Notes: generated by a model not told the origin, from the letters alone. DNA of 64,000 nt from Minisyncoccia bacterium (GCA_046293175.1 JBKBPM010000002.1:158428-222427); one strand, 5' to 3'; shown: positions 10,293-20,906, numbered from the stretch's first letter. Program-made: numbers and translations.

Positions 10293-11763
10293 GATTTTTT
10301 TTGATTGGTTGGTGGATCATCCGCGTTATGCGGGGATGATAGTCGGGGTGGGGCTCGGATCAGCTTTTGTATGGCCACTTGCCACACCATTTGTCATGGT
10401 GTGTTTATTTTTGGCGGTGTATCTTATTGAACGAGTTCCACTAACAGTCCTCCCGACAGTCCTTATGCTGGTCTTTGGCATAAAGTCGCTTATCGCCTTA
10501 TCGTGGTTTTGGAGTACCTACCCGATTTCATGGTTATTTGAATTAGCACCCAGTACGCAATATATTGCTATATTTTTTTATTGGACCAGCTCCGCTTTAT
10601 GGTTGTCATCAGCTGGGTTGATATTGGCGCTGTTGTGGCGGTTTAGTCCATTGCGGTATCGTCGGTATTTACTGCCAGCAGTATGGGTCTTGGCAGAATA
10701 TCTTGGGGCAGTTGTTTTTTCGATTTTAACTGCAGGTCCGGGATCATATATCACCGGCGCCTTTTCGTTTGGACATATTGGCTATCTTTTTCCGTACCTA
10801 ACACCAATTGCAGTATGGGGTGGGGTATATGCGGTCGGCTTGATTGGACTTATATTGGTGGTGATTATATATGACTACTTCACCACTAAACGACTGTTCC
10901 GTTTTGGGGTGATGATATGTATGTTACTAATAATCATAGCGGGGTCAGTTTTGTACCGAGTACCAGCAACACCATTACCAGTCGTGGTCGCAATTAATAC
11001 TACTTTTCCGGCTGCCACCAATCAAGAGACGCGGCAGGCAGCGCTTGATGAGATGATGAAGGTAGCGGTTAGTTTGCAGCCAGAGTACATTATCTTGCCA
11101 GAAGACTCACGGTATCTCTATACATACAAATCTGATCAGTTGGGAGCTGCTGTTGCGGTAGAGGCCTGGCAAATCCTTCATGCTACCAGTACGGCAATGG
11201 TGATTGATAGTGGTCGTACCACCGATGAAGTAACCGGTAAGATCGTGGCGCGGGCATTTTTATGGGGTACCAGTTCGAGTTTATACACAGCCGATAAACA
11301 GTACTTGGTACCCCAAGGGGAGTACATGCCGTCACTCTATGCATTTGTTTTACGTTTTATTGGGCTTGGTGTAGTAGCTGACGCTTTATCAGAAACCATT
11401 AACTACACTTCAAGTCGGCGTGTGGTGGCAGCGGAGGCCTTACCGTATGTCCCTAACCTCCTTTTTTGTTTTGAGAGTGTCAGTCCGCTGGCAGCTAAAC
11501 GACTGATTGCAAATCGATCAAGTGATTTTATTGTGCACCCGATGTCACATAGTTGGTTTAATGAACCGCGCGTATTGTGGCGACAGCTCGAGACCATGCT
11601 TCGCTATCAGGCGGTGTTTGCGCGTACGCCGATTGTGAGCGTAGGGAATGAAATCCGCGGTCAGGTGTACCAACCAAATGGTGAAATAGAAACATATACC
11701 ACCATTGCTACATTTCCCTTTGGAACTATTGATAGTACCCCGGCGGCACGAGTGGCCAACTAG
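10279..11763 (+). CDS. lnt: Apolipoprotein N-acyltransferase
   Basis: Multi-TM N-terminus, WVLAEY, GGVY, nitrilase triad PE / KQYLVPQGEY / CFES. Confidence 0.82.
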   Translation: MSRLKIFFDWLVDHPRYAGMIVGVGLGSAFVWPLATPFVMVCLFLAVYLIERVPLTVLPTVLMLVFGIKSLIALSWFWSTYPISWLFELAPSTQYIAIFFYWTSSALWLSSAGLILALLWRFSPLRYRRYLLPAVWVLAEYLGAVVFSILTAGPGSYITGAFSFGHIGYLFPYLTPIAVWGGVYAVGLIGLILVVIIYDYFTTKRLFRFGVMICMLLIIIAGSVLYRVPATPLPVVVAINTTFPAATNQETRQAALDEMMKVAVSLQPEYIILPEDSRYLYTYKSDQLGAAVAVEAWQILHATSTAMVIDSGRTTDEVTGKIVARAFLWGTSSSLYTADKQYLVPQGEYMPSLYAFVLRFIGLGVVADALSETINYTSSRRVVAAEALPYVPNLLFCFESVSPLAAKRLIANRSSDFIVHPMSHSWFNEPRVLWRQLETMLRYQAVFARTPIVSVGNEIRGQVYQPNGEIETYTTIATFPFGTIDSTPAARVAN

Positions 11764-11766
11764 TTG

Positions 11767-13035
11767 TTACAGACGAGCCAGTTCTTCTTTTACTACCTCA
11801 GCATCACTCCACACTTGTCGTGTGTTATTTGGTCCCATGATATATGGATCGGTCCCTTTACCTGAAATAAGGACATACCCACCTTCAGGTGCCATAGCAA
11901 GCGCTGCACGGATAGCCTCACGTCGGTCCATAATAATGGTGAGTTTACTTTTGTCGTCTATACCTTTGGCCATATCGTCAACAATCTTGCGTGGGTTTTC
12001 ATCGTACGGATCTTCGTTAGTGAGGATAACCTGATCACAGTAGTGGGCAGCAATACTACCCATCTCGGGTCGCTTCCAGGTATCTCGACCACCACCGGTG
12101 TTACCGAGGATACACACTTTAGGAACATTGGGGAAAGCTTCGTAGAACTGCTTAAGTGAATCAGGGGTATGGGCGTAGTCCACCACGGCAGTCACAGCCT
12201 TTTTGTCTTTGCTGCTGTGGAATTGTTCAACCCGGCCATGGACAGGTGGTAGGGAACGAAAAGCCCGTTCGATAGTGCTCAAATCAACACCAAGTGCCCG
12301 AGCCAAGGTGGTAGCAGCAAGTGCGTTGTAGACATTAAATAATCCAACGAGCGGAACGCGAATCGTAGTGTTTTCTATAACCATAGTGACACTCTCTTTT
12401 TGTAACGTGTACAACGACACATCACTCAGTCCGTAGCCAATTTTGTGTTCAACATCAAAATTAAGGAAATCGACTCCATGCTCATTATCGGTATTGGCAA
12501 TAAGGTAACGTGGCCGCTTCTTTGAACGAAAGACTGCTCCAGCAATACGGAGCTTGGCATTTTTATAATTTTCAAATGACCCATGCGACTCGATATGCTC
12601 CGGACTGAGATTGGTGAAAATGAGGGCATCAAACTCAATAAAGCGGTGACGGAATTGTTTGGCTCCTTCGGAGGTCATCTCAAGTACGACATGCGTACAG
12701 CCGGCATCAGCGGCCTTACGCAAAAATCGCTGGACGAAGAAACGCCCCGGGGTGGTCATCTTAAATAGATTCTTTGTCTCTTCGTCTCCAATCATAAAGC
12801 GGATGGTGGAGAGAGAAGCGACTTTAAACCCATGGGTGCGTAGGAGATGAGCGGTCATTTCAGTCACGGTGGATTTACCCTTGGTGCCAGTAACCGCAAT
12901 CACCGCCAGATGGCGGCTTGGATGGCGATACCAGACTGCACCAGTGTAGGCGAGGAGAAAGTGATAAAGCGGGCGGACCTGTTGTAATAGGGTTTTGGGA
13001 ATAAAACGCTTGAGACGATACAAGATTGAGTCCAT
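11767..13035 (-). CDS. murE: UDP-MurNAc-tripeptide ligase (MurE family)
   Basis: VTGTKGKST, EMTSEG, FTNLSPEHIESH, VDYAHTPD, GKG. Confidence 0.9.
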   Translation of the reverse strand: MDSILYRLKRFIPKTLLQQVRPLYHFLLAYTGAVWYRHPSRHLAVIAVTGTKGKSTVTEMTAHLLRTHGFKVASLSTIRFMIGDEETKNLFKMTTPGRFFVQRFLRKAADAGCTHVVLEMTSEGAKQFRHRFIEFDALIFTNLSPEHIESHGSFENYKNAKLRIAGAVFRSKKRPRYLIANTDNEHGVDFLNFDVEHKIGYGLSDVSLYTLQKESVTMVIENTTIRVPLVGLFNVYNALAATTLARALGVDLSTIERAFRSLPPVHGRVEQFHSSKDKKAVTAVVDYAHTPDSLKQFYEAFPNVPKVCILGNTGGGRDTWKRPEMGSIAAHYCDQVILTNEDPYDENPRKIVDDMAKGIDDKSKLTIIMDRREAIRAALAMAPEGGYVLISGKGTDPYIMGPNNTRQVWSDAEVVKEELARL

Positions 13036-13135
13036 ATCTCTTTATTATACGGCGTTCTCATGGCTTTGGCTAATCAGAACAAAACCGGTTTTACTATAGC
13101 AAAGTGACTTCTCCCGCCGTATACTTATAACTGTT

Positions 13136-14083
13136 ATGCTGGGCTATGTTATTAATAAAATTGCCAGTCTACTCATTCCAATAGTGGCCATAGCGGTGGT
13201 GGTTGCACTGGTGCCTGTGCCGCAAAGTTGGACCTTACTCCTCGTTCTGGTGTCGCTGCTTGGGTACACCCACTATTTCATTGGTGCCTACTACCAACAT
13301 CAAGCTTGGCGTCGTCGTGGCATGTATAGACGTTTTTTATATAGATTTACACTACTGAGTGTAGTTTCAGTTGGATTGGTAGTTTTGGCAATCTTGAATG
13401 ATCTCCTTTGGTTAGTAGCAATTTTGACCATTCCATACTTTGTTTGGCATGGGTATGAAAATGAACATACACTCTTCACTCGTGCGACCGGTCAGCAGCT
13501 GTCTGTGTGGTTACTAGGGGGTATTAGCGCCGTCGCTGTTGGAGCGACCATTGATGCCTTTCGGCATACGAGTGCCAACTTCTCTTATTCACTTATCTAT
13601 ACAGCGGGACTCATCCCAAAATTTACAGGTACATTGGCAGAGCTGGATTCGTATTTGTACTTCGTTGGTTTTGGTCTAATGTTAGTGGGGAGTATGGCAA
13701 TTTGGTTCGCTACATTCAAACGCTACTCCAGAGCCAATGTTTTTTGGAGTGTAGCATCAGCTACTGCACTTATATGGTTTTTTATTGACAATCCACTGCC
13801 ATATATTTGGCTATTTGTATTATTACTCGGGTACCATTTTCTCACGTGGGGAATTCACTACGGAGTCGTTTTTTGGCCACAAACAAAAAAATTCTTTAAC
13901 TACCTCATGGTACATGGTCTGGTGGTGGTTGGGGTAGTAGTAGTTTCTATGGGTATTGGTTTGATTACTAGTCAATTTCCACTGGGTTTACTGAATAGTG
14001 AATTCTTTTTGACTGCCACACTTGTGCATATCTCGACTTCATTCTTGAACGACAACTGGTTACAAAAAGCCCTCGGGTTATAA
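13136..14083 (+). CDS. Multi-pass membrane protein with intramembrane His motifs
   Basis: Many hydrophobic helices; GYTHY, WHGYENEH, YHFLTWGIHY, VHIS. Confidence 0.75.
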   Translation: MLGYVINKIASLLIPIVAIAVVVALVPVPQSWTLLLVLVSLLGYTHYFIGAYYQHQAWRRRGMYRRFLYRFTLLSVVSVGLVVLAILNDLLWLVAILTIPYFVWHGYENEHTLFTRATGQQLSVWLLGGISAVAVGATIDAFRHTSANFSYSLIYTAGLIPKFTGTLAELDSYLYFVGFGLMLVGSMAIWFATFKRYSRANVFWSVASATALIWFFIDNPLPYIWLFVLLLGYHFLTWGIHYGVVFWPQTKKFFNYLMVHGLVVVGVVVVSMGIGLITSQFPLGLLNSEFFLTATLVHISTSFLNDNWLQKALGL

Positions 14084-14153
14084 CCAACGTGTATAATATA
14101 TGTAAGAAATATCAGTTGATATTATCGGTACATTACTAACATAATTTTATCAT

Positions 14154-14963
14154 ATGGAACCAGAGATTGAAGGACGTCTCGTGAGCGACCATAAAGTGAT
14201 ATCTCGCCGTACATACAAACGGATTGGAATAACTTTCGTTGGCCTCTGTTTCTTGGTGGGAGCTCTATACACTGGGTATATGTTTTATGCGGCGCCAACC
14301 ATTCGTGAAGATAAACTATGGCAAGAGTTTGAAGCCAAAATAGCTGAAATAGAAGCCAATCCCCCAGCCTTTGAATTCATCGTTGTACCAAATGCTCTCG
14401 AAGCTATTTCTCTCCCAGAACGTATCAATCAAGATCCTGAAGAACTAAAGACTGAGTTCTTGTTGGCTCAAGCCAAAACCTCTCGCGTTAATGAGGAGCC
14501 GCCTACTATCTTTGATATGCCAGTTGGAGAAACTACGTATATCGAATACATCAATAATCTTCCGGTAGAGTTGCAAGAGACGCTGTTCCAAATGCACGAC
14601 GAGTTGCGGGCCGTAACCAGGTCGCTTGGTACGATGTATGAGCAGGTGCCACTAGCCGAGCGTATCGGAGAAGGTGATCAAGTAGCCTACAAAGACTTAC
14701 TGACTCCAGAGAAAGACCAACCACTGGTCTACCCCAGTCTTCGTGTGGTTGAGGCAGAGTTCATTCACCAAGTGTTAGCCACCCAGTTCCCAACAAATGC
14801 GCCTTTTTACCAGGAATATGTGAACTCATACATCGCAGATGGAGTGGGATATGGGTACTATTCTGCACTTGAGGCTGATGTAGCTAAAATGGTGGTAAGT
14901 GATTACCTAGCGGCCGCAAGACAAAATGCCTCTACAGCCGCAGTGTTACAATCATTAGAATAA
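14154..14963 (+). CDS. Membrane-anchored protein, possible degenerate PAP2/acid-phosphatase fold
   Basis: N-terminal TM; YPSLR...QFP...GYYS spacing resembles YPSGH...P...GxHY. Confidence 0.65.
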   Translation: MEPEIEGRLVSDHKVISRRTYKRIGITFVGLCFLVGALYTGYMFYAAPTIREDKLWQEFEAKIAEIEANPPAFEFIVVPNALEAISLPERINQDPEELKTEFLLAQAKTSRVNEEPPTIFDMPVGETTYIEYINNLPVELQETLFQMHDELRAVTRSLGTMYEQVPLAERIGEGDQVAYKDLLTPEKDQPLVYPSLRVVEAEFIHQVLATQFPTNAPFYQEYVNSYIADGVGYGYYSALEADVAKMVVSDYLAAARQNASTAAVLQSLE

Positions 14964-14967
14964 AGGT

Positions 14968-16752
14968 ATGATATTCACTCTAAAACTTGGTTCTGCATTA
15001 ATAATTATTGCAAGCCTCAGTATATTTGGACTCATTCAGCATGTTGAAGCGGGAGGCGGTGGAGGAAATAGTAATGGTGGAGGAAATAGTAACTCACGGC
15101 CGGCCGCAAGCCCCACATATAATTGGAGTAGAGCAGCTGCAAATGCTACTACTCAAGCCTATAACAACTTAGCTCGGTCACTCAATCGTAATTATACGTA
15201 CAGTACCCGTACAACATATAACTCAACGTATGGTTGGGGTTACACAACAGTAAGAAATGTGCCTGAGCGGGGCGGTGGCAATAACATTAATTTTGGTAGA
15301 GGTATCCCAGACACTCCATCAACAACTTGTGAAAATCAAAACCTCACAACGATTGATATATTTTTTGTTCCTGCCGGTGCACAACCAGCGCCTGGTAACA
15401 CTAATCCTTCAACACAAGGGGTTTCCTTAGCAGTACTCACTTCTAACCCATATCAGCGGCATATAATTCCCAACAATGAACTTGAGGTTGGAGTCTTGTA
15501 TGATCCAATAGTGCAGGTACGAAATTACGCTTTAAATTGGATGCCGAGCACTTGTGCCCCTAGTCCAGCGTCTGGAGCACGAGGCTTTCGTTTAATTCCA
15601 ACCGTGCACGCAGGTGGTGGCAGTAGTGACAGGGGTGCGACACCGCAACCAAACGACTACCCCAATAACTTCCGGACCCAAGCCCCATTTGGCGCAAATG
15701 GCTCGTTCCCAATTCGGGCTCGCATTGATGTAGGGAATAACAATACCTATGAGTGGGAACAGTACCTCAACGCTCTAGGCCCAATCGCTAATGGTCGAAG
15801 TATATTCGTGCGTTTGCCGTCGTTCTCGACACCTGAAGGTGGTACCCATACAATCGAAGTTGTTACCGATATCCGCCACAATGTTGATCCGGGACGTGGC
15901 TGCTTTGCTGCCAGTACACCAGCCTCAGCCGGTTGGGGTTGCGTCCGCGAAACGAGTGAGACTGATAATGATCGCAGTGAAGCCTTCACGACTCGTGTTG
16001 GTAATGCGAGTTACCGACTGGCGGTTGATGTTTCAGATGTTACCGTGCGAGCTGGCTCAATGCTGACCGAGGTACCATTTGTGGGTATCAACACTGGCCT
16101 GGCAACCATTAATGACTATCGATACCGAGTAACCATAAACGGCGCAACTTTCGCGAGCACCACTCGCACCACCAGTCTCGCTCCATCAGCCAGAGAGACT
16201 GTCCGCGCTACTGGTAGCTACACCGCACCTATGACACCAACATCATTACCACTGATAGTTTGTGCTCGGATCGCTACCAGTACCGAAGTATGTGATACCG
16301 CTCGTCTTATTGTGACCACCCCACAGTGTTCAGATACTCGAGATAATGAACCAGACGGCACCTTAGATGCTAATGATCCAGGTTGTTATGGTGACCCACT
16401 GGATCCAACCACCTATGATCCAAACGATGATAACGAAGGGGATATGGCTACCACCTCACCATCGGTAACTATCGAATTCAAACCAGTAGTGAATCCAGTT
16501 CGGTACAATACCGGTGCAGCACTCGAGTACGTGATCAATGGTCCCGCCCTAATGTCCTGTGTGGTAACTGGTGGGGAAACGAATAGTCCTATCATGCATA
16601 CACCACCTCGCACCACCGGACAGATAACCACCGCGCCCGTGACTAGTACCCAACAGTACACACTCCGCTGTACCGTCAGTGTTGGTGGCAGTATCCTCCA
16701 GTTTGAGCGTACAACTACAGTAGATGTCTTGCCACAAATTCAAGAAACGTAA
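14968..16752 (+). CDS. Secreted/surface protein with Ig/CARDB-like and Asp/Cys repeat modules
   Basis: Signal peptide (VEA|GGG), ETSETDN, CSDTRDNEPDGTLDANDPGC. Confidence 0.8.
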   Translation: MIFTLKLGSALIIIASLSIFGLIQHVEAGGGGGNSNGGGNSNSRPAASPTYNWSRAAANATTQAYNNLARSLNRNYTYSTRTTYNSTYGWGYTTVRNVPERGGGNNINFGRGIPDTPSTTCENQNLTTIDIFFVPAGAQPAPGNTNPSTQGVSLAVLTSNPYQRHIIPNNELEVGVLYDPIVQVRNYALNWMPSTCAPSPASGARGFRLIPTVHAGGGSSDRGATPQPNDYPNNFRTQAPFGANGSFPIRARIDVGNNNTYEWEQYLNALGPIANGRSIFVRLPSFSTPEGGTHTIEVVTDIRHNVDPGRGCFAASTPASAGWGCVRETSETDNDRSEAFTTRVGNASYRLAVDVSDVTVRAGSMLTEVPFVGINTGLATINDYRYRVTINGATFASTTRTTSLAPSARETVRATGSYTAPMTPTSLPLIVCARIATSTEVCDTARLIVTTPQCSDTRDNEPDGTLDANDPGCYGDPLDPTTYDPNDDNEGDMATTSPSVTIEFKPVVNPVRYNTGAALEYVINGPALMSCVVTGGETNSPIMHTPPRTTGQITTAPVTSTQQYTLRCTVSVGGSILQFERTTTVDVLPQIQET

Positions 16753-16767
16753 AAGTTAAAAATAGCA

Positions 16768-16808
16768 GATACCAAAAAAAGCGCCAGGTTGGCGCTTTTT
16801 TTGGTATC
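16768..16808 (+). terminator. Intrinsic terminator
   Basis: GATACCAAAAAAAGCGCCA...TGGCGCTTTTTTTGGTATC. Confidence 0.8.
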
Positions 16809-16864
16809 CACGAATTTAGTTTTAGAAAGTGTCCGTCTTTGTAAGAGCATGCCATAATATGATT

Positions 16865-17665
16865 ATGGATTCGTTACAACAAAAATTCGGCGGAGAACCG
16901 GATATTATTACCCCAAAAAGACCTTGGCTCCCGTTGGTAGGACTCGGCATTATGAGCTTAATCGGATTTGGAGTGATTGGTTACTGGTGGTTACAACCAG
17001 CTCCAACTCCAATAGTGAAAGACGTTGTTCCCGTGACACTGACAGTTGAAGAGGTGGAGTCATATCGTGCGTCATTACCACGTACCTTCAATGGTGCTGA
17101 ACCGGTAGTAGAAGGATCCACTTCGGAAGAACTTATTGTGCCAACAAAACAAACGTTGACAGATCCGATGATTGAAAATTTTGATGAGAATAACAATGCT
17201 GGGAATGTCACTAATGATGTAGCGGTATCGTATGTGCCACCAGCTGAGGCGGTAGGTGTGCCGGTTACGATTGCGATGGGTAGTGACGCGACGGCCAACA
17301 TGACCAGTGTCATGCCAAACAACACCTCATATGTCGAGGGAGACGTTACGATTAGTGACGTTACTATTACACAGCCAGATCGTAGCGAAAAGACTCCTTT
17401 TTCGGCCACCGGTGTTGTTAACGGTACTGACGACAATTTACAGAAAGTGAGCGTTTCAAGTAACGGGGAAGTGATTGAGCTTGAGGTGTCTGGTGGATCT
17501 ATTAAAACAACTGATGGTCGATTAATTCCATTTTCGGCATTACGTACAAACGATATTGTTGAAATTTATGGACAACGATATAAGGACGTCCCAGTGGTAG
17601 CTGAAGTCACCATAACTTTGATTGGTGTCCAAGAATTTATTCCGGCGATTGATATTGGTGTATAA
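16865..17665 (+). CDS. Membrane-anchored hypothetical protein
   Basis: Single N-terminal TM, beta-rich C-terminus; start uncertain (16859 or 16865). Confidence 0.75.
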   Translation: MDSLQQKFGGEPDIITPKRPWLPLVGLGIMSLIGFGVIGYWWLQPAPTPIVKDVVPVTLTVEEVESYRASLPRTFNGAEPVVEGSTSEELIVPTKQTLTDPMIENFDENNNAGNVTNDVAVSYVPPAEAVGVPVTIAMGSDATANMTSVMPNNTSYVEGDVTISDVTITQPDRSEKTPFSATGVVNGTDDNLQKVSVSSNGEVIELEVSGGSIKTTDGRLIPFSALRTNDIVEIYGQRYKDVPVVAEVTITLIGVQEFIPAIDIGV

Positions 17666-17669
17666 ACAT

Positions 17670-19931
17670 ATGAAAAAGGTAATAATTTTAGCTCTGGCCC
17701 TACTATTCCTTCAAACTGCGTCACCAGCGGTAGCGGCTGTCGGCGGCTGGGAACACTTTCAAGCCCAGCAATTAGGACGCCATAATGGTGATTGTTCATC
17801 AGGGCAGTCAAAGCGCGACTTCATTCTCAAAGACTATAGTAATAATGACATTAACCCGCAAGGGTTACGAATGAAAGCACAGGTTGTTGGTCGTAATGAT
17901 GGTAATGGTGCTTGGGAGGTTACAAGAGAAACTGAGTGGGTAACCAACACAAACATTAGTCCGGCTGTTTGTTACAGTCCCGATACCGAGTCTACCCGAG
18001 TAGTAGTAGAAGCGGCCGATAGTTCACCGTACATGCCCTTTTACGGGGCTGGTTGGTGGGGGGAAACGGCAGCTTCACGTGAGGTTGAGCGTGGTCGCTA
18101 TCAGCGCGGCGTGGTCCACCTAAAAGCCAAAGGGGTACCCACAATCGATCTTATGGCACCCGCTGAAGTGTTCCTACGAACCAGTACGCCAACTTTTATC
18201 GTCCGCACTAATGATGCCCCATTGCTCTACAATGCTACCGCAATGTCGAGAACTTTTATTGGGTTTTGGCAAAACAACCGTCGTACTGCTCGTTTTGCTC
18301 AAGAGCACGGTGGGCTCAGTGGAGTACGGCAATTTACTCCAGGCAATTTTCCAGATGGTTTATATACCTGGACAGTAGTGCAACAGCTCAACGGTGTAGC
18401 CGATGTTGAGCAAATGCTCAATACCTTCGATCGGTCATGTGGTGCTGCCGTGGAGCGTGTTGATTATGCACTTCGAGAACAGGGAGGTATCAGGCCAATA
18501 AACCCTCGTGATATAACAGCGAGTGTCGTCGTGCGAAATAGTAGAACGCAGGCAATTGTCAGTGAAACCCCATTTGCTGCTGGCTCGACAGTTTCTCCGG
18601 CGGTTTGTTACGACCAGAGTACTCAGAGCATCGGTTTAAGATTACAGGTTGATGCAAATGCTTACTACTTCAATGGTGGTACTGAGACAGTACGGCAAAG
18701 TTCACAAGTAACCGCAAACGCCCAAGGAAAATTGTACTTCCGTATCATTGCCGAACTTCCTGCTCGAACAAGACAGGTTACTGAACCAATCAATATGCAA
18801 TTTACTCCAATCGGGAACATCAACACCCTCAAAGACTTGTATACACAACGGTGGAGGTGGGTTCCGGGGACTGGTATTTCAGAAACCAAACAGTTCTATA
18901 TTGATAGAACATTACCAACCTTAACAGCCTCATTGCAGGCTGCTACATCAACAGCTGGATCGCAGGCGATTGCTACCGTAAACGCTCGTGATATGGGTTC
19001 AGGTCTGCGACAAATTAATATGGTTTTCACACCTGTTAGCGGACAAGGAAGTGTTGCCACAGTAACAATTCCATTTGCAGTCGGAACCGGCATCATCGGT
19101 GGTCCAAAAGATACTCAAGTGGTTACTTGGCGTACAAATCTCCGACCAGGCACTACGTACCGCTACGTTGCTACTGCTGTTGATGTGGCCGGCAACACAA
19201 TGAGTACTGCTGCCCGCACCTTCACTGCGCCAACACTAACGCCTGATATTGCCTTCCAAAACTTCTTTATCCGCAGCACGTGTACACCTGAGGCAGTGAA
19301 CTTTGTGGTAGATGCATTTTGTCCATTAACCACCGTAGCTATGGCGATTCGTAATACCAGTAATGGTGTTATCAACCGCGGGGTGAATATTCCGTATCGT
19401 ATTGAGTACCGCTACCCAGGTAATGACACGGGTGTTTGGACTGAGGTTTATCGTGGCAATTATGCGGGTGGCTTAGAAGCCCAGGCTACTACACCGGTAT
19501 TTAATGTCGCTATAGCCCGAAGTATGCGGGGAAGTGGACAGCTACGCGCCTTGGTCAATATGGCGCCCCAAACGAACAATTCGATTGGTGAAACAGAATT
19601 CAGTAATAACACCAGCCCAACCCGTACCATTGTATTTGCGACAACGCCGCCGACGCTCACCCTCACTACCGATCGTAGTACTGTCAGAAGTGGACAAACG
19701 GTCACTCTAACGTACAACATTGAGTCACCACAGCCGTTTACTTGTGAATTGCGTGGCAATGGTACACCAACGGTTATTCGTCATGAAGGTGGAGACACGA
19801 CTGGTTCAATCCAAACTACTCCTATCACCAGTACTCAGACGTTTACCCTATCTTGTGTCAGTGATATGGGTGGTGAACCAACGGAGCAAAGTATAACGGT
19901 TGAAGTGATACCGTTTATTGATGAGGTCTAA
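17670..19931 (+). CDS. Large secreted Ig-like/CARDB surface protein
   Basis: MKKVIILALALL signal peptide; IDRTLP, DVAGN, ETEFSNN; duplicated SPAVCY domain. Confidence 0.82.
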   Translation: MKKVIILALALLFLQTASPAVAAVGGWEHFQAQQLGRHNGDCSSGQSKRDFILKDYSNNDINPQGLRMKAQVVGRNDGNGAWEVTRETEWVTNTNISPAVCYSPDTESTRVVVEAADSSPYMPFYGAGWWGETAASREVERGRYQRGVVHLKAKGVPTIDLMAPAEVFLRTSTPTFIVRTNDAPLLYNATAMSRTFIGFWQNNRRTARFAQEHGGLSGVRQFTPGNFPDGLYTWTVVQQLNGVADVEQMLNTFDRSCGAAVERVDYALREQGGIRPINPRDITASVVVRNSRTQAIVSETPFAAGSTVSPAVCYDQSTQSIGLRLQVDANAYYFNGGTETVRQSSQVTANAQGKLYFRIIAELPARTRQVTEPINMQFTPIGNINTLKDLYTQRWRWVPGTGISETKQFYIDRTLPTLTASLQAATSTAGSQAIATVNARDMGSGLRQINMVFTPVSGQGSVATVTIPFAVGTGIIGGPKDTQVVTWRTNLRPGTTYRYVATAVDVAGNTMSTAARTFTAPTLTPDIAFQNFFIRSTCTPEAVNFVVDAFCPLTTVAMAIRNTSNGVINRGVNIPYRIEYRYPGNDTGVWTEVYRGNYAGGLEAQATTPVFNVAIARSMRGSGQLRALVNMAPQTNNSIGETEFSNNTSPTRTIVFATTPPTLTLTTDRSTVRSGQTVTLTYNIESPQPFTCELRGNGTPTVIRHEGGDTTGSIQTTPITSTQTFTLSCVSDMGGEPTEQSITVEVIPFIDEV

Positions 19932-19937
19932 CTAATT

Positions 19938-19980
19938 AAAAAACAAAACACCCCACTTTGGTGGGGTGTTTTGTTTTTTA
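19938..19980. terminator. Bidirectional terminator
   Basis: AAAAAACAAAACACCCCAC-tttg-GTGGGGTGTTTTGTTTTTT. Confidence 0.8.
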
Positions 19981-20541
19981 ATTGAGTTGCCGCAGAGCTT
20001 CTCCGACAATTGCACTGGTCGAATCACCAGAACCAATCGCGTCAAGTACCTGCCGTACTGACTGTGGGTTGTACCCGAGCGTGACGAGTGTATCAAAGGC
20101 GTCTTGGTAGACGGTACCGCGTACCGGTGCAGTTGGTACAATTGTCGTATCAAGTTTGTCTTTGAGTCCGAGGATAATTTTTTCGGCCGTTTTTTTTGAA
20201 ATACTCGAGAGTTTTGTCAGGTGTAGTGGGTCTTCAGCAGCCACCGCTTCAACAATTAATGTACGATCAGCCTGGTCCATAATTTGGAGAGCACTTTTTG
20301 GTCCAATACCGGAGATGGTAAGGAGGAGTTCAAAGAGGTCGAGATCTTCACGGTTCACAAATCCATAGAGGTCTAAGGCGGTTTCGCGTACTGCCAGGTG
20401 CGTATAGAGACGAATGATTTCCCCTGGAAGGGTAATTAGTCGGTGGGTGACCGCTACCATATACCCAACGCCACTTGAGGTCTCAATAATAAGTGTGTTA
20501 CCGCTAGTCTCGACGACAGTGCCAGAAATGAGGCGAATCAT
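19978..20541 (-). CDS. ruvA: Holliday junction DNA-binding protein RuvA
   Basis: GVGY, LYGF, ISGIGPKSA, KKTAEKIILGLKDK, LVTLGY. Confidence 0.95.
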   Translation of the reverse strand: MIRLISGTVVETSGNTLIIETSSGVGYMVAVTHRLITLPGEIIRLYTHLAVRETALDLYGFVNREDLDLFELLLTISGIGPKSALQIMDQADRTLIVEAVAAEDPLHLTKLSSISKKTAEKIILGLKDKLDTTIVPTAPVRGTVYQDAFDTLVTLGYNPQSVRQVLDAIGSGDSTSAIVGEALRQLN

Positions 20542-20633
20542 AGTGTTTCTATTGTACACTAATCTGCGGCGGATGGTCGCCATTGATTTATTTTGTCAAA
20601 TACCGTATAGTACGCACCACATAACAAATCAAT

Positions 20634-20906
20634 ATGGCAATTACTAAAAATGCAAAAAAAGCAGTCCGCAGTAGTGAGCGAAAGCGTGTATACAACCTTC
20701 GCCGTATTACCGCAATGCGCGAAGTAGTGAAGTCGGTCCGAAAGTCGGCTGCTCTAGGTACTGTTACAGACGCCAAGGCTGATCTCGCAAAGGCGTACAA
20801 AGCTATTGATAAGGCTGCTAAGCGTGGTGTTATCAAAGCTAATACTGCAGCACGAAAGAAGTCTCGTTTGGCTGCTGCAGTCAAAAAGTCAACCAAAAAG
20901 GATTAA
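20634..20906 (+). CDS. rpsT: 30S ribosomal protein S20
   Basis: AKKAVRSSE, IDKAAKRGVIKANTAARKKSRL. Confidence 0.95.
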   Translation: MAITKNAKKAVRSSERKRVYNLRRITAMREVVKSVRKSAALGTVTDAKADLAKAYKAIDKAAKRGVIKANTAARKKSRLAAAVKKSTKKD

